Assembly: GCF_000175255.2 (NCBI RefSeq)
Contig: NC_017262.1
Coordinates: 810,001-842,000, forward strand
Source of the DNA: Zymomonas mobilis subsp. mobilis ATCC 10988
Lineage (GTDB): Bacteria > Pseudomonadota > Alphaproteobacteria > Sphingomonadales > Sphingomonadaceae
Direction: 5' to 3'
DNA length: 32,000 bases
Translations under genes and position numbers: made by a program
Shown: positions 28,390 through 32,000 of the stretch, one piece after another
How positions within the stretch are numbered: the first letter of the stretch is position 1
Layout: every line of letters begins with the position of its first letter
The notes under the pieces: generated by a model
The model's database searches: none
The model's input: the letters and a program-made list of their open reading frames with translations, nothing else
What the model was told of the DNA's origin: nothing

Positions 28390-28455
28390 GACATTAACCT
28401 CTTCGTAACCTACCCATCAATGCAGAAAAGATTCTGAGGTCAGGAAAACGGATCT

Positions 28456-28893
28456 TCAGCCTTCTTCAGAGCGGAATTTCCAACCGGCTTCGGTAAAGTG
28501 TTTGGCCTTATCCAAGGTCATATTTTCCAATTGCTTGACAATAACCGGACGGGTTTTCAGCCAAAAGCTGTGCATTGGGCAAGGATGCTCATTGGAACAT
28601 CCCGGCAAACCCAAAAAGCAACCACAGCCCCAATCTTTCCCATCAATCGCCTTCACGATTTCCAAAAGAGAAATCGTCTCCGGCGGACGGTTCAAACGCA
28701 GGCCACCATTTTGACCTCGCTTGGCTGTAATCAGTCCGGCTTCTTGCAAGCGACCTAAAATCTTCGTCAGATAAGGGCGTGGAATATTCGCTTTTTCGGC
28801 AATGTCGCGCGCCATGGTGAGCTTTTCACTCTCTGCATGAATAGCAGACAGCGCAAGAACAGCATAACCGGTTGATTGCGAAATTGAGAGCAT
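28456..28893 (-). CDS. Rrf2-family transcriptional regulator (NsrR/IscR-like)
   Basis: YAVLALSAIHAE, ARDIAEKANIPRPYLTKILGRLQEAGLITAKRGQNGGLRL; C-terminal cysteine cluster CGCFLGLPGCSNEHPCPMH. Likely start 28893 rather than 28932. Confidence 0.9.
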   Translation of the reverse strand: MLSISQSTGYAVLALSAIHAESEKLTMARDIAEKANIPRPYLTKILGRLQEAGLITAKRGQNGGLRLNRPPETISLLEIVKAIDGKDWGCGCFLGLPGCSNEHPCPMHSFWLKTRPVIVKQLENMTLDKAKHFTEAGWKFRSEEG

Positions 28894-28945
28894 AAAACGC
28901 TGATTCCTTATCGACGAAAAGACTTTTACCACAAAGTTTACAAAA

Positions 28946-28967
28946 AGGTAAAGTTTAAATTTTACCT
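28946..28967. promoter_or_regulatory. Near-perfect 22-bp palindrome upstream of the Rrf2 gene, candidate operator
   Basis: AGGTAAAGTTTAAATTTTACCT; 20/22 positions symmetrical. Confidence 0.6.
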
Positions 28968-29092
28968 AAAGGTCATATTTAAAAAGAAGAGGCCTTCTTC
29001 ATCACTTTCTTTCACTCAAGAAGAATGAAAAATACAAAAAAAGGCAATATCAAAAAATATATTACTCAATATGATAATAAAATCAAAACCCC

Positions 29093-29929
29093 CTATTGAA
29101 AACGACTGTAATTAATCTCGTCAAAAACCATCGACTTCAGCAAAGCCAGCAAGGCCGCCGACCGACGCGGCAAAGCAACCTCCCCTAAATGCGTCACCTG
29201 AGTGATCAGACGCAAACTATTGGTTAGGAAAATGTCATCTGCCTCTAACAGCTCTTCATAGCCAATAGAGCGCTCTTCAACCGGAATATCACGGGATTTT
29301 GCCAAACGCAGAATATTGGCACGCATAATACCTGCCAAAATACCATCACTGACTGGCGGAGTAATCAAACACCCGTCACGGATCATAAAAAGATTGGCCG
29401 TGCTACTACAGGCAACATGTCCTGCGGTATTTAAAAACAGCGCATCATCAAAAGACTTCTGACGCGCTTCTGTCACCGCCATAATCGCATCAAGATAATT
29501 CAGCGTTTTAATCCGCGCCGTAAAAGAGCTTTCATTCCGCCGAAGTGGCGTCAAGACAAGCCGTATCTCAGGACAAAATATTGTCGCTGCTATCGGGGAA
29601 GCTGAAACAATAACATTAGGCTTGGCTTCGGGACTAAAAGCCATTCCCCTTGGGCCCACGCCTCCCGTCACGGTGATCCTTATTACGCCCAAAGGCAGGT
29701 CTTTCGCTGCCTCCTCCATCATTTCGCTTAAAAAAGAGGAAGCGACCGGCAAGGACAACGCCGCACAGCTTTTTGTCAATTTTTCAAGATGCGCTTCCCG
29801 ATAGGCAACTTTATCAGCGATAACCAAGGCGGTATCGAAAACACCATATCCCAGTAATAACCCTTTATCATTCAGGTTAAATTCTGCGCCAGCATTATTG
29901 GCTAATACACCGTTCAGCCATATCGGCAT
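29093..29929 (-). CDS. Class IV aminotransferase-fold protein, probable aminodeoxychorismate lyase
   Basis: GVLANNAGAEFNLNDKGLLLGYGVFDTALV, LPLGVIRITVTGG, NYLDAIMAVTEARQKSFDDALFLNTAGHVACSSTANLFMI; adjacency to PabA/PabB-like genes. Confidence 0.8.
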   Translation of the reverse strand: MPIWLNGVLANNAGAEFNLNDKGLLLGYGVFDTALVIADKVAYREAHLEKLTKSCAALSLPVASSFLSEMMEEAAKDLPLGVIRITVTGGVGPRGMAFSPEAKPNVIVSASPIAATIFCPEIRLVLTPLRRNESSFTARIKTLNYLDAIMAVTEARQKSFDDALFLNTAGHVACSSTANLFMIRDGCLITPPVSDGILAGIMRANILRLAKSRDIPVEERSIGYEELLEADDIFLTNSLRLITQVTHLGEVALPRRSAALLALLKSMVFDEINYSRFQ

Positions 29930-30506
29930 AGAAGGCTTCCTCCAAATCAAAAAAGCGCGACAAAAGCGCGTCGCCATATTCGGTCAAAACCGATTCAGGA
30001 TGAAACTGGATACCATAGGTAGGATGACTTTTATGCGATAAAGCCATGATCTCGCCTTCCGGTGACAGCGCATCAACCGTCAAATGCTGTTCCATCTCTT
30101 CGGTTTTCTGGATAATCAGCGAATTATAGCGTGCCGCCTTAAAAGGATTAGGAATATCTTTAAATAGTCTTTTCCCGACATGGCTGATTTCCACGGCACG
30201 CCCATGAAGCGGATAGCTGGCACGAGCAATAACACCACCAAAAGCAACACCAATGGCTTGATGTCCAAGGCAGACCCCTAAAATAGGTATCTTGCCAGAA
30301 AATTGCCGTAAAACATCCAAAGAGATACCGGCTTCTTCCGGTGAGCAAGGCCCCGGAGAAAGGATAATCGCTTTGGGCGACATCACCTCGATCTCTTCAA
30401 GGGTGATTTTATCATGGCGAAACAAGCTGACTTTACGGCCAAGCCTTTCGCAATAGCGCGCCAGATTAACGACAAAAGAGTCGTAATTATCAATCATCAA
30501 AAGCAT
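29895..30506 (-). CDS. pabA: Glutamine amidotransferase subunit of aminodeoxychorismate/anthranilate synthase
   Basis: MIDNYDSFVVNLARY, ILSPGPCSPEEAGIS, ILGVCLGHQAIG, YGIQFHPESVLTE. Start could be 30506 or 30497. Confidence 0.85.
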   Translation of the reverse strand: MLLMIDNYDSFVVNLARYCERLGRKVSLFRHDKITLEEIEVMSPKAIILSPGPCSPEEAGISLDVLRQFSGKIPILGVCLGHQAIGVAFGGVIARASYPLHGRAVEISHVGKRLFKDIPNPFKAARYNSLIIQKTEEMEQHLTVDALSPEGEIMALSHKSHPTYGIQFHPESVLTEYGDALLSRFFDLEEAFYADMAERCISQ

Positions 30507-30522
30507 CAGACATTCCTCACCA

Positions 30523-31986
30523 TCAAGCCATTTCAGAAACCGATGTGCCAAAACTTTCAAAGATTTTTGCTGCCTTGGTCAGGGTCTCGACATATTCCGC
30601 TTCGGGATCGGAAAGCAGGGTAATCCCGCCGCCGACCTGAAAAACCGCTTTGTTTTCACTCAGGGTGACGGTTCTAATCGCAATGTTGAAATCGAGATTA
30701 CCGCCAAAATCAATATACCCAATCGACCCGCAATAAACGCCGCGTGCCAATTGTTCGATTTCTGCAATAATTTCCATCGCCCGAATTTTGGGCGCACCTG
30801 TAATCGACCCACCGGGGAAGCAGGCTTTCAAAAGATCAACGGAAGAATTTTCAGGCCGTAATTTTCCGGTAACCACGGACACCAAATGATGCACACCAGC
30901 ATAGCTTTCTAGGCGGCATAAATCGGTTACTTCGACAGAATCCGCTGTTGACACATGTGACAAATCATTCCGCAACAGATCGACAATCATGATATTTTCA
31001 GCGCGGTCTTTTTCGGAATGAAGCAATTCTTCAGCGGCGGCTCTATCTTTCTCAAGATCCGGTGACCGGCGGGCAGTCCCCTTAATCGGACGCGTCTCAA
31101 TCTGATTATCCTGCAACAGAACAAAACGTTCCGGCGAAGCCGATGCAATAACCTGATCGCCAAAAGCAAGATACGCCCCAAAGGTTGCAGGATTGATGCG
31201 ACGTAACTGGCGATAAAAAGGCCAAGGCTGAAAATCATCCGGCAATTCAGCTGAAAAACTCTGGGCGATATTCGCCTGATAAATATCGCCTTTTCGAATA
31301 TATTCCCGAACTGTTTCGATCGCCTGACAATAATGTTCTTTCGTAAAATTCGATTGCCAATTTAATGAAAGCCTGTTGGGCTTTTCATCCAAAGATGCCT
31401 GTTTAGAAGGCATCGAAAGCCAGTCAGAAAATTGTGCCAAACGGGCTTTTGCTCGGCTTTCTTTTTTGTCAGGTTGGGTTTCAGGATAACCGGAAGAGCA
31501 AAGGTAACTTTCCCCCGTCATATGGTCAAAAGCCAGAACCACATCGTAAAAACAAAAATTGATATCGGCGGCTTTGTCTTCTGTTTCAGGATAGCCATTG
31601 ATGACTTCAAGGCAGCGGCCATAATCATAACCGACATAACCAATACATCCGCCTTGAAAAGGAAAGCGCCGTTCAATTTTTTCATCAAAAGCGAATTGCG
31701 CCAAATGCCGTTGCAAAATTTCTAAAGGATCACCTTTTTCGGGAACTGAATTCCAATAGGCTTGGTCACCACAAACCGTCAGTCTCGCAAAAGGATCAAC
31801 TGCGATATAAGAATATCGCCCCAATTTATCCTGATGCATCGCACTATCAAGAAAAGCAAAATACGGTCGGGAAGAAAGGATATTCGCGGCGACCAACGGG
31901 TCTTTAAGATCAATTTTTTGTAGCCACATTGCTTTACCGATCTGAAATTTATCAGGATTGCTGATAGTCGGGCGGAAGACTTCCAT
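30523..31986 (-). CDS. pabB: Aminodeoxychorismate/anthranilate synthase component I
   Basis: GDIYQANIAQSF, PIKGTARR, ENIMIVDLLRNDLSHV, ACFPGGSITGAPKIRAMEII, YCGSIGYIDFGGNLDFNIAIRT. Start near window edge. Confidence 0.87.
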   Translation of the reverse strand: MEVFRPTISNPDKFQIGKAMWLQKIDLKDPLVAANILSSRPYFAFLDSAMHQDKLGRYSYIAVDPFARLTVCGDQAYWNSVPEKGDPLEILQRHLAQFAFDEKIERRFPFQGGCIGYVGYDYGRCLEVINGYPETEDKAADINFCFYDVVLAFDHMTGESYLCSSGYPETQPDKKESRAKARLAQFSDWLSMPSKQASLDEKPNRLSLNWQSNFTKEHYCQAIETVREYIRKGDIYQANIAQSFSAELPDDFQPWPFYRQLRRINPATFGAYLAFGDQVIASASPERFVLLQDNQIETRPIKGTARRSPDLEKDRAAAEELLHSEKDRAENIMIVDLLRNDLSHVSTADSVEVTDLCRLESYAGVHHLVSVVTGKLRPENSSVDLLKACFPGGSITGAPKIRAMEIIAEIEQLARGVYCGSIGYIDFGGNLDFNIAIRTVTLSENKAVFQVGGGITLLSDPEAEYVETLTKAAKIFESFGTSVSEMA

Positions 31987-32000
31987 CCGGCAACGAAGAA

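Overview
32 kb chromosomal window from an alphaproteobacterium, very probably Zymomonas mobilis (inferred from the PhoC-like acid phosphatase and overall gene content). From left to right it contains: the 5' part of an L-aspartate oxidase-like gene (minus); an ABC ATPase and a YggS-family PLP protein (minus); a low-MW phosphotyrosine phosphatase and a fructosamine kinase-family protein (plus); and a tandem array of eight secreted Sel1-repeat (SLR) proteins (minus, about 4.5-12.9 kb) with signs of recent duplication. Next come a Tat-exported metallophosphoesterase, PhoC-type acid phosphatase, TonB-dependent receptor and S1/P1 nuclease (plus), forming a plausible extracellular phosphate/nucleic-acid scavenging block. 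An AT-rich interval follows, with an orphan ORF directly abutting a degenerate type I-F mini-CRISPR array (4 repeats, 3 spacers, no cas genes) and a tRNA-Cys. The right side carries YbaK, a HerA/DUF87-like ATPase, RarA, a dihydroorotate dehydrogenase-like protein, Hcp with an Rrf2 regulator, and a PabC/PabA/PabB-like cluster. Two perfect 16-bp parS-like palindromes (TGTTTCACGTGAAACA) flank the rarA region. I found no clearly new defence system. The items most worth a second look are the SLR array, the leaderless mini-CRISPR, the two parS sites, and the phosphatase/TonB/nuclease block.
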